Part shown: positions 41,938 through 52,041 of the stretch, in pieces | Layout: every line of letters starts with the position of its first letter | Position numbering within the stretch: the stretch's first letter is position 1 | Origin: an uncultured Anaerolineae bacterium | GTDB lineage: Bacteria > Chloroflexota > Anaerolineae > Fen-1058 | DNA: 64,000 nt | Assembly (NCBI GenBank): GCA_964398185.1 | Contig: CAYNML010000022.1 | Location: 6,877-70,876 of the forward strand | Direction: 5' to 3' | The notes under the pieces: model-generated | The model's input: the letters and a program-made list of their open reading frames with translations, nothing else | Database searches by the model: none | What the model was told of the DNA's origin: nothing | Position numbers and translations under genes: made by a program

Positions 41938-42783
41938 ATGGACGTCTTCGATCAAATTGAACAACAAGTGAATGAGGCTGCGGCCGCCGCGCCGCTGCTG
42001 GTGCAGCGCCTGCTGATCGGCCTGCTGGTGTTTGCGATCGGCTATGGGGTGACGCGGCTGGTTCAATACTTGATCGTGCGCGCGGCGCGCCGCACCTCTG
42101 GCGGCCTCACCGTGGAACGGGCGCTGTCGCGCGTGATCGAGATCACGGGCATCACCCTGGCCCTGTTGACGGCGCTCTCGACGATGGGCGTGGACATCGG
42201 CGCGCTCGTCGCCGCGCTGGGCCTGACCAGCCTGGCGATCGGTCTGGCCCTGAAGGACACCATCGAGAATGCCATTACCGGCGTGCTGTTGTTGATCCAG
42301 CGTCCCTTCAAAGTGGGCGATGTGATCAAGGTAAGCGAGATCACCGGCACGGTGGCCGATGTTTCCATCCGCACGACGAACATCAAAACCTTCGACGGGC
42401 TGCACGTGTTGATTCCCAACCGGCACGTCTACAACGAGGTCATCACCAACTGGTCGTATTACCCCACGCGCCGCGTGACCATCACCGTCGGCGTGGCCTA
42501 TGACACGGATTTGGCGCAGGCCTATCGCGCCTTGAGTGAAGCCGTGGCGGCCACGCCGGGCGTCCTGTCTGAACCCGCGTCGGCAGTGTCGTTTGAGGGC
42601 TTCGACGAGAGTTCGATCCGCATGGTGTTCCGCTTCTGGATTGAGTGGCAGACCACCAACCCGTTCGCGATTCAAACGCAGTTGACCCAGGTGCTTGTGG
42701 ATGTGGCGCGCCGCGAAGGGATCAATATTCCGTTTCCGATCCGGACGGTGATCCTGCACAACCCGATCGACTCTGCCGGCTAA
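41938..42783 (+). CDS. mechanosensitive ion channel, MscS family
   Basis: TM helices then the conserved beta-domain (FKVGDVIKVSEITGTVADVSIRTTNIKTFDG). Confidence 0.85.
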   Translation: MDVFDQIEQQVNEAAAAAPLLVQRLLIGLLVFAIGYGVTRLVQYLIVRAARRTSGGLTVERALSRVIEITGITLALLTALSTMGVDIGALVAALGLTSLAIGLALKDTIENAITGVLLLIQRPFKVGDVIKVSEITGTVADVSIRTTNIKTFDGLHVLIPNRHVYNEVITNWSYYPTRRVTITVGVAYDTDLAQAYRALSEAVAATPGVLSEPASAVSFEGFDESSIRMVFRFWIEWQTTNPFAIQTQLTQVLVDVARREGINIPFPIRTVILHNPIDSAG

Positions 42784-42823
42784 AACGCAACGACTCGCTG
42801 ACAGACAGCGAGTCGTTTGGCAG

Positions 42824-42896
42824 TGGGCCCAGCTGGGGTCGAACCGGCAACCAACGCTTTATGAGAGCGCTGCTCTAACCTTTGAGCTATGGGCCC
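42824..42896 (-). tRNA. tRNA-Met (anticodon CAT; elongator type, lysidine-Ile2 not excluded)
   Basis: Minus-strand GGGCCCATAGCTCAAAGGTTAGAGCAGCGCTCTCATAAAGCGTTGGTTGCCGGTTCGACCCCAGCTGGGCCCA. 7-bp acceptor stem with G1-C72. CCA not encoded. Confidence 0.85.
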
Positions 42897-42909
42897 GTGG
42901 TCTGCCAGG

Positions 42910-42938
42910 ATTATAAGCAGGAACAGAATCTCCGTCAA
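42910..42938 (-). promoter_or_regulatory. TTGACG-N17-TATAAT promoter driving the tRNA, 11 nt upstream of tRNA +1
   Basis: Reverse complement of attata (42910-42915) and cgtcaa (42933-42938). Confidence 0.55.
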
Positions 42939-42991
42939 ACAAACCCCGCCGCGAGTCAGGTCTCACGGCGGGGTTCCGTTTCAATCTGTTT

Positions 42992-43075
42992 GTCCGTTGT
43001 CAAGTCCGTTGACAGTCGTCCGTTACGATCCGTTTGTCCGCTTTGCCGCAGGCGGTCCGTTGATGGCATCCGTTA
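42992..43075. repeat. six to seven tandemly spaced copies of GTCCGTT (AACGGAC on the transcribed strand) between the tkt stop and the tRNA promoter
   Basis: tgtccgttg, agtccgttg, cgtccgtta, atccgtttgtccgct, ggtccgttg, catccgtta. The last copy overlaps the tkt stop codon. Confidence 0.65.
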
Positions 43076-45139
43076 CAACCGCTGGGTCACATCGCCCCGC
43101 ATCTGGCGGCTCACCGTGACCACCGCGTCCACCGTGAAGCCAAACTTCTCGGCCAGCACACTCGCCGGAGCCGACGCGCCGAAGCGCTCGATACTCATGA
43201 TCTTGCCTTCATCGCCCACGTACTTGTGCCAGCCCTGCGCCACACCCGCTTCGATGGCGAGCCGCGACTTGACGTGCGGCGGCAGCACGCTTTCGCGGTA
43301 ATCGCGCGGCTGCGCGTCGAACAATTCCCACGACGGCAGGCTCACCACGCGGGCGCGCAGCCCGCGCTTGGCCAGTTCGTCGCGCGCGCCCGCCGCCAGC
43401 GCCACTTCCGATCCACTGGCGATGAGGATGATGTCCGGCGGGCCATCGGTGTCGATGAGCACGTAGCCGCCCTGGCGCACGCCTTCCGCCGAAGCGACTA
43501 CCGCTCGATCGAAGGTGGGGACGCTCTGGCGGGAGAAGATCAACGCCGTGGGGCCGTGCGTCCGCTCGACGGCGACCTGCCACGCGACGGCAGTCTCATG
43601 CGCATCGGCGGGACGAATCACCACCAGGTTGGGGATCGACCGCAGGGCCGCCAGATGCTCGATCGGTTGGTGGGTGGGGCCGTCTTCGCCCAGAAAGATG
43701 CTGTCGTGCGTGAAGACGAAGATCACGCGCTGTTCCATCAATGCGGCAAGCCGGATCGCCGGGCGCATGTAGTCGGCAAATTGCAGGAACGTCGCGGTGA
43801 ATGGAATCACGCCGCCGTGCAAGGCGAGGCCGTTGCTGAGACTGCCCATGGCATGTTCGCGCACGCCATACGGAATGTTGCGCCCGGCGTAACTCCACAC
43901 CCCCCCCACAGCGCCTTGCCTGTCGGCGCTGGCGAATGCGGCGCTTTGAAAATCACCCAGCCCCTTCAAAGCCGTGTTAGTCGAGGGGTTCAGATCGGCT
44001 GAGCCGCCGATGATCTGCGGCACCTTGGCCGCGATGGCGTTGAGCACCTGCCCGCTGCTGACGCGCGTGGCCTGACCCTTGCCGGCTGGGAATACGGGCA
44101 GATCGGTATTCCAGCCTTCGGGCAGCGCGCCTTGCAGGGCGCGTGACAGTTCCGCGGCGAGCTCCGGATAAGCTGCGGCATACGCGTCCCACTTCTTCTG
44201 CCACGCGGCCTGCTGCGCTTTGCCCTGCGCGATCGCCTGGCGGAAATGATCGAGCGCGTCGCTGTGAATCCAGAAGGGCGGCTCCACCGGCCAGCCCAGA
44301 TTCTCTTTGGCGGCCTTCACTTCGTCCGGCCCCAGCGGCGAGCCGTGGGCCTCGCAGGTGTTCTGTTTGTGGGGCGCGCCGAAGCCGATGATGGTGCGGA
44401 CGCGAATCAACGTGGGGCGCCGGGTGTCCGATCGGGCGGTGGAGAGCGCCGCTTCGATCGCCGCTACATCATTGCCGTCCTCTACCATCAGCACTTGCCA
44501 GCCATATGCTTCGAAGCGTTTCGTCACGTCTTCGGTGTAGGTGAGATCGGTCGCGCCGGCCAGCGAGATGCGGTTGTCGTCGTACAAGTAGATCAACTTG
44601 CCCAACTGCCAGTGCCCGGCCAGGGAGGCCGCCTCGTGCGAGATGCCTTCCATCAGATCGCCGTCGCTGACGATGCCGTAGGTATAGTGATCGATGATGG
44701 TGTGATCGGGCCGATTGTAGCGCGCGGCCAGATGCGCTTCGGCCATGGCCAGCCCCACGCCCATCGCAAAGCCCTGCCCCAGCGGGCCGGTGGTCACTTC
44801 CACGCCGGGCGCCAGGCCGTACTCGGGATGCCCCGGCGTTTTGCTGCCCCACTGCCGGAAGTTCTTGATCTCATCCAGCGAGAGATCGTAGCCGGTGAGG
44901 TGCAGCAGCGAGTACAGCAGCATGGAACCGTGCCCGCCCGATAGGACGAAGCGGTCCCGATCGGGCCACGCGGGATCGCTCGGGTTGTGGCGCAGGAACC
45001 TGGTCCACAAGACGTACGACATCGCGGCCGCGCCCATCGGCAAACCGGGATGACCGGAGTTGGCTTTCTGCACGCCGTCGACGGATAAGAACCGAATGGT
45101 GTTGATGCAGAGCTGATCGAGGTTGGAAACAGAGGACAT
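43073..45139 (-). CDS. tkt: transketolase
   Basis: ATG 45139 with AGGTGA 6 nt upstream; the track ORF's first M is an in-frame GTG at 45148. TPP-binding GHPG and GDGxxxEG motifs, transketolase C domain. Confidence 0.9.
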   Translation of the reverse strand: MSSVSNLDQLCINTIRFLSVDGVQKANSGHPGLPMGAAAMSYVLWTRFLRHNPSDPAWPDRDRFVLSGGHGSMLLYSLLHLTGYDLSLDEIKNFRQWGSKTPGHPEYGLAPGVEVTTGPLGQGFAMGVGLAMAEAHLAARYNRPDHTIIDHYTYGIVSDGDLMEGISHEAASLAGHWQLGKLIYLYDDNRISLAGATDLTYTEDVTKRFEAYGWQVLMVEDGNDVAAIEAALSTARSDTRRPTLIRVRTIIGFGAPHKQNTCEAHGSPLGPDEVKAAKENLGWPVEPPFWIHSDALDHFRQAIAQGKAQQAAWQKKWDAYAAAYPELAAELSRALQGALPEGWNTDLPVFPAGKGQATRVSSGQVLNAIAAKVPQIIGGSADLNPSTNTALKGLGDFQSAAFASADRQGAVGGVWSYAGRNIPYGVREHAMGSLSNGLALHGGVIPFTATFLQFADYMRPAIRLAALMEQRVIFVFTHDSIFLGEDGPTHQPIEHLAALRSIPNLVVIRPADAHETAVAWQVAVERTHGPTALIFSRQSVPTFDRAVVASAEGVRQGGYVLIDTDGPPDIILIASGSEVALAAGARDELAKRGLRARVVSLPSWELFDAQPRDYRESVLPPHVKSRLAIEAGVAQGWHKYVGDEGKIMSIERFGASAPASVLAEKFGFTVDAVVTVSRQMRGDVTQRL

Positions 45140-45271
45140 GATCTTCACCTGTTGGGGCGCGTGATCGCGCCGGATGGATAGGCGTAATTATACGCCAAAA
45201 TCGGCCAACGAATTGGCAAAATATGATATACTCGCTAGCAACTCAATCCTTGCCGGAAAGCAGGTGCGACG

Positions 45272-45829
45272 ATGGGCATCGGAATCATACTCGACCTGAT
45301 CATTCTGTTTGCGCTGGTGGGCGGCGTCTTGTGGAATATGCGGCGCGGCTTCGCGCGCGCGCTCGTGGGCCTGTTCATGTTGTTTCTGGCCATGACGATC
45401 TCGGCGCTGCTCTACAGCGCGCTGTTGGGCTGGTTCGGGCGCGCCGTCAATCCGGCGGCCGCCAATCGCACGTCCGGCCCGTACATCTTCGGCTTCATGA
45501 TCATCGTCTTCTATGCCGGCCTGGAATACATGGTCAGCCGCAATTACCCGGGCATGCGCATCCAGCGGCTGGGCGTATGGGACAACATTCTGGGCGCGGT
45601 CGTGGGTGTGGGCTGGTCGTTCCTGGCCATCAGCCTGTTCCTGGTGACGCTGGAATTCTGGACGTTGACGGTGGGGCGCGGTATGCCGGTGGTCGATCTG
45701 TTCGGTAATCTGCTGGCAACGTCGTTCATGGTGCCGGTGTTCCGCCAGTTCTTTAACCTGCCGCTGATCCCGGTGAAATTGCTGTTCCCGGCCGGCTTGC
45801 CGGAAATTTTTGTGTATTTCACACGTTAA
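45272..45829 (+). CDS. CvpA-family membrane protein
   Basis: Four TM helices. N-terminus ILDLIILFALVGGVLWNMRRGF is typical of CvpA. Confidence 0.65.
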   Translation: MGIGIILDLIILFALVGGVLWNMRRGFARALVGLFMLFLAMTISALLYSALLGWFGRAVNPAAANRTSGPYIFGFMIIVFYAGLEYMVSRNYPGMRIQRLGVWDNILGAVVGVGWSFLAISLFLVTLEFWTLTVGRGMPVVDLFGNLLATSFMVPVFRQFFNLPLIPVKLLFPAGLPEIFVYFTR

Positions 45830-45950
45830 GCCGGCTGCGTTTGTCGAAGTGAGCCAACGGGGGAACAGTCGTCATGTTCCCTCGTTTGTTTTCCCGCTTC
45901 GTTCCTCGCCTGGTCTAGGAGAGGGGACGGGGGGTGAAGTGTAAAGGATC

Positions 45951-48320
45951 ATGCTCGAAGCTCATCATTGGCATACGCTGGAACTACCCAAAGTTCTGGC
46001 AAAACTTGCTCGTTACACCGCGTTCTCGGCCAGCACCGAACTGGCGCTGGCGCTGGAACCTTCAACCTTTGCCGATGTGGTGCAGCAGCGGCTGGCGGAA
46101 ACACGCGAGGCCCGATCGCTCCTCACCACGCGCGGCGATCTGAGCGTGGGCGGCGTGCACGACGTGCGCCCCGTGGCCGAGAATGCCCTGCGCGGCGCGC
46201 GACTCTTAGTGCCCGATCTGCTGGCCGTGCGCAACACGTTGATCGCGGCGCGTGATCTGCGCCGCTCGTTAATCAAACTGGAATCTCAGTACCCCCGCTT
46301 GGCTTCGGCGGCCCAGCGGTTGTACGAATCCACCGGCCTCATCAACGAGATTGGCCGCTGCCTGGACGAGAACACCGGCGAAGTGCGCGACGACGCCACG
46401 CCAGAACTGGCCGACGCGCGCCGCTCACTGCGCGAGGTCTTTGGCCGCGTGCAGGAAAAACTGCGCCGCATCGTGGGCAATGCGCGCAATGCGCCGTATC
46501 TGCAGGAAGCCATCATCACGCAGCGCGGCGGGCGCTACGTCATTCCGATCAAAGCCGATTTCAAAGGCCGCATTCAAGGCATCGTGCACGATCAGTCGGC
46601 CAGCGGCGCGACGCTGTTCATCGAGCCGCTTTCGACGGTGGAACTCAACAATCAGCTGCGCGAGCTGCAACTGACAGAGCAGCACGAAGTGGAACGCGTG
46701 CTGCAGATGTTATCCGCGCTCGTGGCCGCCGACGCGCAGCCCATCATCTACACCGTGGAAGCGCTGGCCGACCTCGACGTGATCTTCGCCAAAGCAAAAT
46801 ACGCCGACGACAGCGACGCGATCGAGCCGGCGCTGGAGAACGGCCCGCGCGCCACGCTGCGCCTGATCCGCGCGCGGCATCCGCTGCTCGATCCGCGCAC
46901 CGTCGTGCCCATCGACATCGATCCTGACCCCAGCACGCACATCATCGTGTTGACAGGGCCAAACACCGGCGGCAAGACGGTCACGTTGAAGACTGCCGGC
47001 CTGCTGGCGTTAATGACGCAATGCGGATTGCACATTCCGTGCAGTGCCGGTTCGGCGCTCAGCGTCTTCGAGGACATCTTCGCCGACATCGGCGACGAGC
47101 AATCGATCGAGCAGAGCCTCTCCACGTTCTCGTCGCACCTGGTCAACATCGGCGGCTTCATCGATCGCATCGGGCCGAAGTCGTTGGTGCTGTTCGACGA
47201 GTTGGGCGCGGGGACCGATCCGGCCGAAGGTTCGGCGCTGGCCCGATCGATCCTCGATCACGTCAAAGAGACCAAAGCGATGACGCTCGTCGCCACGCAC
47301 TATCCCGAGCTCAAGGTGTGGGCGCACACGACGCCGGGCGCGACGAATGCCTCGGTGGAGTTCGATCCGGAAACGCTGCGCCCGACCTTCAAGCTCACGA
47401 TCGGTCTTCCCGGCCGCTCGAATGCCTTTGCCATCGCCACGCGTCTTGGCTTGAAACCAGAGATCGTGGCGCACGCCAAATCGATGGTGGCTGAGGGCGA
47501 TCTGAAGGTGGAAGACCTGCTGGCGGAGATCCATCAGCAGAAGGAAGCGATCACGCAGTCGCGTGAGATCGCCGATCGAGCGCGGCGCGAAGCCGAAACA
47601 ATGTCGCGGCAACTGCGCGAACGGCTCAATAAGATTGAAGACGAACGTGCCGAGATTCTCGATCGGGCGCGCGCGGACGCGCAGGCCCAAGTGGAACTGC
47701 TGCGCGAGGAGATCGATCGGCTGCGGAAGAAACTATCGGATGTGCAGCAGCCGGAAGTGGCTGCGGCTGCCGCCGAGATCATCGCAGAGATCAAGCAGCT
47801 CGAAGAGCAAGCCGAAGCGATTGTGCCGACACCCACGCCCATCGAGAAACCGGCGCTGGGTTCGCGTCGCAAGCCGCGCGTGGGCGATACCGTCTTTGTC
47901 GAGCGCATCGGTTCGACGGCGGAAGTCACCGCGCTCGATCGCGGCCTGATCGAAGTCGCCATCGGCTCGCTGCGCCTGAAGGTCAAGCCCGACGAAGTGG
48001 AATGGCGCGCGTCACCCAAACCCGCCGAAGCGGTTGCTGCTCCCACAAAAGTGAAACTGAGTTCGCAGGCGCGCATGGAGATCGATCTGCGCGGGCTGCG
48101 TGTGGACGACGGCCTGGATGAACTGGCGCGTCAACTCGACGCGGCGTATCTGAACGGCATGCCGTTCGTGCGCATCATTCACGGCAAAGGCACCGGCGCG
48201 ATGAAGAAGGCCGTGCGCGAAGCGCTGCACAGCAATCCGCACGTCAAGCGCTTTGAAGGCGGCAAGGATGAGGAAGGCGGCGAGGGCGTGACGATTGCGT
48301 TTATGATTTCTGATCTGTGA
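45951..48320 (+). CDS. mutS2: endonuclease MutS2 (MutS domain III/V ATPase + C-terminal Smr domain)
   Basis: 789 aa. Walker A GPNTGGKT. C-terminal Smr (IDLRGLRVDDGLDEL...RIIHGKGTG). Confidence 0.9.
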   Translation: MLEAHHWHTLELPKVLAKLARYTAFSASTELALALEPSTFADVVQQRLAETREARSLLTTRGDLSVGGVHDVRPVAENALRGARLLVPDLLAVRNTLIAARDLRRSLIKLESQYPRLASAAQRLYESTGLINEIGRCLDENTGEVRDDATPELADARRSLREVFGRVQEKLRRIVGNARNAPYLQEAIITQRGGRYVIPIKADFKGRIQGIVHDQSASGATLFIEPLSTVELNNQLRELQLTEQHEVERVLQMLSALVAADAQPIIYTVEALADLDVIFAKAKYADDSDAIEPALENGPRATLRLIRARHPLLDPRTVVPIDIDPDPSTHIIVLTGPNTGGKTVTLKTAGLLALMTQCGLHIPCSAGSALSVFEDIFADIGDEQSIEQSLSTFSSHLVNIGGFIDRIGPKSLVLFDELGAGTDPAEGSALARSILDHVKETKAMTLVATHYPELKVWAHTTPGATNASVEFDPETLRPTFKLTIGLPGRSNAFAIATRLGLKPEIVAHAKSMVAEGDLKVEDLLAEIHQQKEAITQSREIADRARREAETMSRQLRERLNKIEDERAEILDRARADAQAQVELLREEIDRLRKKLSDVQQPEVAAAAAEIIAEIKQLEEQAEAIVPTPTPIEKPALGSRRKPRVGDTVFVERIGSTAEVTALDRGLIEVAIGSLRLKVKPDEVEWRASPKPAEAVAAPTKVKLSSQARMEIDLRGLRVDDGLDELARQLDAAYLNGMPFVRIIHGKGTGAMKKAVREALHSNPHVKRFEGGKDEEGGEGVTIAFMISDL

Positions 48321-48346
48321 TCTGCGATCTCGGATTGTGGATTGCT

Positions 48347-48444
48347 AGACCTGGCAGGTTTTCACCAGTTCATCTGGCCGAGTTATTCAACTGGAATTGT
48401 TCGCCGCGAGTGTGTGAGGATGATCAGCAAAAACCTGCCAGGTC
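48347..48444. repeat. inverted-repeat element family B copy 1 (termini TAGACCTGGCAGGT ... AAACCTGCCAGGTCT, ~70 bp non-conserved core)
   Basis: Terminal 13-15-bp inverted repeats identical to those at 56445-56541. Confidence 0.7.
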
Positions 48445-48678
48445 TGTCGAAGTGAGCGGATCGTTAAAGTCGGGGCTGATCCAGATTGAGCCGTTGTGCA
48501 GGCCGGCCACGTGCTGCCTGGCCGCGACATTGAGCGGCGTCAAACGCGCCACCGGCAAGTTGTTCTGGGTGAGGATGACCTCAGCGCCACCGGATACCGT
48601 AGACAGCAGTTCCGTGAAACGGCTCTGGGCTTCGCGTACATCGACCGTTTGAGTTGTCATGGCGTCTCTCCGTTCCAT
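48424..48678 (-). CDS. orphan Phd/YefM-VapB-type antitoxin-like protein
   Basis: TVDVREAQSRFTELL...EVILTQNNLPVARL antitoxin fold. C-terminal IWISPDFNDPL motif typical of antitoxins of PIN toxins. No toxin gene follows; family B repeat instead. Confidence 0.5.
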   Translation of the reverse strand: MERRDAMTTQTVDVREAQSRFTELLSTVSGGAEVILTQNNLPVARLTPLNVAARQHVAGLHNGSIWISPDFNDPLTSTDLAGFC

Positions 48679-48753
48679 ATTTAGCTGTACTACAAGCGGT
48701 AGACGGGCAGTGCGGCAGGCAAGCGTCGAATTACTCGTTACTGGTTACTCGTT

Positions 48754-49647
48754 ATGACCTTCTTCATCGGCTCCGCCGTCTGGGCGCATCAAGGCTGGGT
48801 GGGCAACTTTTTCCCGAAAGGGACGAAGCAGGCCGACTATCTGCGCGAGTATGCCAAGCGCCTCACTACCGTCGAGGGCAACACCACGTTCTGGGCGACG
48901 CCTTCGAGTGAAACCGTTCTGCGCTGGGTGCAGGATACTCCCGCGTATTTTCGCTTTTGCCCCAAACTCCCGCGCGGGATCAGTCACACCGGGCAGTTGA
49001 TGCCACATCTCAGCGAGGCGCAGCGCTTCATCGATCTGATGCGCCACCTCGGCACGCGCCTTGGCCCGCTGTTCCTGCAACTCCCGCCGCGCTACTCACC
49101 GAAACTGATCAACGATCTCACAAAGTTTCTCGCCGCGTGGCCGCGCGAGGTGCAGCTCGCGCTGGAGGTGCGCCATCTCGATTGGTTTAGCGAGCCGCAT
49201 CACTCCGCGCTGAACGATTTGCTGCGAACGCACGATGTGGCGCGCGTGTTGATCGATACGCGGCCGATTCGTAACTTGCCGGATGCAAAGATCGAGGGTG
49301 GCAAGGTGCAGGTGCTGCTGCAGCAGGCGCAAGAGCGCAAACCCGACGTGCCGCTGCTGCCCGAACGGACTGCTTCGTTTGCGTTTGTGCGCTACATCGG
49401 CAATCCCGATGTGATGGCGAATACTGCACTGCTAGATGAATGGGCCGATCGCATGGCGGGTTGGCTGAAAGAAGGTACGACCATCTTCGCGTTCTGTCAC
49501 TGTCCCGACGAAACTTTCTCTCCGCAGATTTGCCGCGAACTCCATCGGCGTGTGGCCGCGCGGGTGCAGATCGATCCGCTGCCGTGGGACAAAGCAGGGC
49601 AAGATGACACGCGAAGCGTGCCCTACACGCAAGCTTCCATGTTCTGA
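48754..49647 (+). CDS. DUF72 (YecE-like) family protein
   Basis: FFIGSAVWAHQGWVGNFFP...VEGNTTFWATP is the DUF72 signature. Confidence 0.75.
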   Translation: MTFFIGSAVWAHQGWVGNFFPKGTKQADYLREYAKRLTTVEGNTTFWATPSSETVLRWVQDTPAYFRFCPKLPRGISHTGQLMPHLSEAQRFIDLMRHLGTRLGPLFLQLPPRYSPKLINDLTKFLAAWPREVQLALEVRHLDWFSEPHHSALNDLLRTHDVARVLIDTRPIRNLPDAKIEGGKVQVLLQQAQERKPDVPLLPERTASFAFVRYIGNPDVMANTALLDEWADRMAGWLKEGTTIFAFCHCPDETFSPQICRELHRRVAARVQIDPLPWDKAGQDDTRSVPYTQASMF

Positions 49648-49757
49648 ATTCAAACAGCCACGGATTACACAGATTTCACGGATGATGGTTCATATCCGTG
49701 TTAATCCGTGTAATCCGTGGTCAGTTAAGAACGCGATTCACGGTATAATGCATCCTC

Positions 49758-51266
49758 GTGAGTCGCTTGAACTGGAAGTTAATCGCGCTGTGCGCCGCCG
49801 CCTTCATTCTCTCCGCTGCCGTGGCGTGGGGCGTGTATGGCTCCATGCCGCACCTGGAAGATGAGCAAGCTAACGTTTTTCAGGCCAGGGTTTTTGCCAG
49901 CGGCAATCTGGCCGTGCGCATGCCCGGCGTGCAGCCCAACTCGTTTTACATCCCTTTCATCCTCAATCAAGCCGGCTGGTTGTTCGGCAAATATCCCCCC
50001 GGCTATTCCTTGCTGCTGCTGCCCGCCGCGTGGACTGATCAATGGTGGTTGATCAACGCCGTGGCCGCCGTGGTCGTCGTGTTGGGCGTCTATCTGCTGG
50101 GGCGCGATCTGTTCGAGGCGCACACGGGCCTGCTGGCCGCCGCGCTGGGCCTGCTCGCGCCGATGTTCATCCTGCTGAGCGGCGCGCTGGTCTCGCACCT
50201 GGTGACGATGGCGCTGTTGACGATCTTCACGTGGGGCTTCATCCGCGCACGCCAATCGGATCACAGACACCCGAGCGGTTTGGCGGCCCTCGCCGGAATC
50301 ACACTCGGTCTGGCCTTCATCACGCGGCCATGGACCACGTTCGCCATCGGCCTGCCGTTTGCCGTGCAGGCGCTGATCGATCTGGCGCGGCGCGGGCGCG
50401 TGGTGTGGCGTCCTTACGGAATCATGCTGATCACCTGTGGCGCGATCGCGGCGCTGCTCCCGCTGTACAACGCCGCGCTCACCGGCTCGCCGTTCACCAA
50501 CACCTATGAACTGTGGTGGCAAATGGATCGCATCGGTTTCGGGCCTGGCATCGGCACCGCGCCCGGCGGGCACAGCCTGTACACGGCCATCATCAATTTC
50601 CGGCTGGATTTTCCGATCTTCGGACAGATGCTGTCCGGCTGGCCGGATGTGATCGGTGTGTCGCTGGTGTGGGCGCCGCTCATCGCCGGGCTGCTGCTGC
50701 CGCCGGTGACCAAGCGCGAGTGGGCGCTGCTGCTGCCGCCCCTCATGCTGGTCGGCGCGCACTTCCTCTACTGGGCGCGCGGCAGCAGTTTCTACGGTCC
50801 GCGCTATTACGCCGAAGCGATGCCGTTTTTGTGGCTCATCATCGCGCGCGGCCTGATCAAAATCTGCGCCATCAAAACTCCGTGGCCGCGCCGCTTCCCC
50901 GCAGCGCCGCGCTACGTGGTGTATGCGGCGCTGCCGCTGCTCATCGCGTGGAACATTGTGTACGTCGTCGAGCCGCGCTTCATGGCCGGCTTCGCGCAGT
51001 ATCGATCGGCGCGGCGGGCCATCAACACCATCGCGCAGGCCGACGTGCATCACGCGCTGATCTTTGTGAAGGCGCAGCAGTGGCAGGACTATGCGGCGCT
51101 GGGCTGGCTCAACACGCCGCGCGTGTCCGACGGCGATCTGATCTTTGCGTACGACTTTGGTCCATGGGGGAATGCGCGTTTGATTGAGGAGTATCCCGAT
51201 CGGGCCGTGTACTACTTTGATCCATCGCAGCCCTATCCGTTGGTGGCCGCGCGCGAGGAGAAATGA
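49758..51266 (+). CDS. integral-membrane glycosyltransferase, family 39/83 (PMT/ArnT-like)
   Basis: 502 aa with about 11 TM helices and an early DE-containing loop (HLEDEQ). Confidence 0.65.
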   Translation: MSRLNWKLIALCAAAFILSAAVAWGVYGSMPHLEDEQANVFQARVFASGNLAVRMPGVQPNSFYIPFILNQAGWLFGKYPPGYSLLLLPAAWTDQWWLINAVAAVVVVLGVYLLGRDLFEAHTGLLAAALGLLAPMFILLSGALVSHLVTMALLTIFTWGFIRARQSDHRHPSGLAALAGITLGLAFITRPWTTFAIGLPFAVQALIDLARRGRVVWRPYGIMLITCGAIAALLPLYNAALTGSPFTNTYELWWQMDRIGFGPGIGTAPGGHSLYTAIINFRLDFPIFGQMLSGWPDVIGVSLVWAPLIAGLLLPPVTKREWALLLPPLMLVGAHFLYWARGSSFYGPRYYAEAMPFLWLIIARGLIKICAIKTPWPRRFPAAPRYVVYAALPLLIAWNIVYVVEPRFMAGFAQYRSARRAINTIAQADVHHALIFVKAQQWQDYAALGWLNTPRVSDGDLIFAYDFGPWGNARLIEEYPDRAVYYFDPSQPYPLVAAREEK

Positions 51267-51326
51267 TCGCCGTTGGGGCAAGCCCGTGGGTTCGCCCCTG
51301 AATCGGGCCGATCCGCGGATCGACCC

Positions 51327-51986
51327 CTACGCCAGAATCTGCTTAATCCACCGCTCGATCTCTTTCATCCCCTGCGCCGAGACCTTGTGCCCCACGCGAT
51401 GCTCGTGATATTCGACGCTGGCTCCCCGGCTTTCTAACACCGATCGCGCTGCCCGCGCCCGATCGATTGGCGCCGCGTCATCGTGTGTGCCGTGGAGGAT
51501 GAGGTAACGTGGTAAAGCCGTCTTCGACTGCGCCGCTGCGCCGTTCCGCTCAGACGGCGAATGCGGCAGAAACCCAGCCAGGGCAATCACTCCGCGCAGC
51601 GACTCCGGGTACCTCAGCGAATACGCATAGCTCAGCGCCGCGCCTTGACTGAACCCCATGAGGATCACACGCTGCGGATCGATCTGATACAGCGCGATTA
51701 CCTCGGCCAGGAAGCGCGCCAACACTTCAAGCGCTGCCTGAAAATCGACGTTGTCCAGATCGCCGCGTACTGCCGATCGGGTCCAGCTAGCGCCGCCGAG
51801 CTCACTGGCGTACAGGGCGCGCGGCGCGATCAGCGTGGCGGCGCGGGGCAGCGCGTGATCGAAAATCCACATCACGTTTTCATCGCCGCCGAGGCCGTGC
51901 AGCATGACGATCAACGGGCCGCGCGGCTGGCCGCGCCGCACGCGATAGCGCAGGCCGCTGGCGGAGTGAATGATGTCCGTGCACAT
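51327..51986 (-). CDS. alpha/beta-hydrolase fold phospholipase/carboxylesterase
   Basis: Start at MCTDII; the longer track ORF overlaps degV. HGLGGD oxyanion region, nucleophile elbow GFSQG, C-terminal HxxGH. Confidence 0.75.
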   Translation of the reverse strand: MCTDIIHSASGLRYRVRRGQPRGPLIVMLHGLGGDENVMWIFDHALPRAATLIAPRALYASELGGASWTRSAVRGDLDNVDFQAALEVLARFLAEVIALYQIDPQRVILMGFSQGAALSYAYSLRYPESLRGVIALAGFLPHSPSERNGAAAQSKTALPRYLILHGTHDDAAPIDRARAARSVLESRGASVEYHEHRVGHKVSAQGMKEIERWIKQILA

Positions 51987-52041
51987 GCGGTTATTGTAGC
52001 AGAATGAGGTACAATGGGCGTACTTTGCCAAGGAGTGTGTC

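Noticed and set aside
45148-45148. Track start of transketolase at 45148
   Set aside because: That first 'M' is an in-frame GTG 9 nt upstream of an ATG with a well-placed AGGTGA RBS. I moved the start to 45139.
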